Shown here: positions 63,552-64,000 of the stretch, in pieces
How the letters are laid out: each line of letters opens with the position of its first letter
Numbering within the stretch: position 1 is the first letter of the stretch
Assembly: GCF_018977255.1 (NCBI RefSeq)
Contig: NW_024704746.1
Span: 4,960,001-5,024,000, forward strand
Source: Callorhinchus milii
Taxonomy: Eukaryota
Direction: 5' to 3'
Length of the DNA: 64,000 nt
Program-made: the position numbers and the translations under genes
The notes under the pieces: model-generated
The model's database searches: none
Seen by the model: the letters and a program-made list of their open reading frames with translations, nothing else
Told to the model about the DNA's origin: nothing

Positions 63552-63920
63552 TCATGGTATAGCTGGTGCCTTTTCTGGTACTGAAGACTCGCCCTCTCCT
63601 GAAGATACCTCTTTTCTTGACAAGGGTGACAGAATTCCTGAGCCGGGCCAGTCGCTTCCTGACTCGGGAGATCTGTATCTGGACCCAGGCCACACAATCC
63701 CTGAGCCGGGAGAGCTGCTCCCTGTCCTGGACCACCCTGAGGTCCCAGTTTCCGACCATGGAGACCCCATTCCTGATTTGGGAGTCAGGTTTCCTGATTT
63801 AGGAGTCATTTTTCCCGATAAAAGTCTTCGCCTCTTCTTGATGATCTTCAGTGCTTGCCCAAGTTCCGAACTGGACTCTGCCTCCTCCTCGCTCTCTCTT
63901 CTGATCAGCGATGTTTGATC
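63552..63920 (-). CDS. Coding exon with Ser/Pro/Gly heptad repeats (upstream RGSL1 exon or terminal exon of another transcript)
   Basis: Strong acceptor CTCTCTTGCAG, open frame to TGA at 63552, AATAAA at 63525-63520; 21-nt periodicity. Confidence 0.55.
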   Translation of the reverse strand, partial: DQTSLIRRESEEEAESSSELGQALKIIKKRRRLLSGKMTPKSGNLTPKSGMGSPWSETGTSGWSRTGSSSPGSGIVWPGSRYRSPESGSDWPGSGILSPLSRKEVSSGEGESSVPEKAPAIP

Positions 63921-64000
63921 TGCAAGAGAGGAACGGATGGGAATGCTGAATTGGGAAGAGTGAAATGAACGCAAAATAATCCCAATTTTCTGATCGTATT

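Overview
Vertebrate genomic DNA, very probably from a cartilaginous fish. This is inferred from the cluster-type V-J-C light-chain genes and the dense DeuSINE-like/L2/CR1 repeats; a holocephalan is plausible but not provable here. From left to right the window holds: a complete 5-exon SEC22B (+); an unrearranged Ig kappa-type minilocus L-V-J-C on the minus strand (10.6-15.7 kb); a complete 6-coding-exon RNASEL (803 aa, minus strand, 21.8-28.8 kb) with a CpG island upstream; a second unrearranged Ig kappa minilocus on the plus strand (38.1-42.9 kb); and the 3' part of an RGSL1-like gene (minus strand, 13 phase-compatible exons, 47.7-60.7 kb) plus a heptad-repeat exon at the right edge. The two Ig clusters are the arms of a ~7.5-kb inverted duplication that sandwiches RNASEL. 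Their RSS geometry would let RAG join V of one cluster to J of the other by inversion, flipping RNASEL and giving a 2x2 combinatorial, editable unit. The RNase L itself looks ancestral: extra ankyrin repeats, an IRE1-length activation segment with an APE-like motif that mammalian RNase L lacks, a degenerate catalytic loop, and a conserved 2-5A sensor. All exon boundaries were read by eye from GT/AG sites and reading-frame continuity; comparisons to human proteins and synteny are from memory and need database confirmation.
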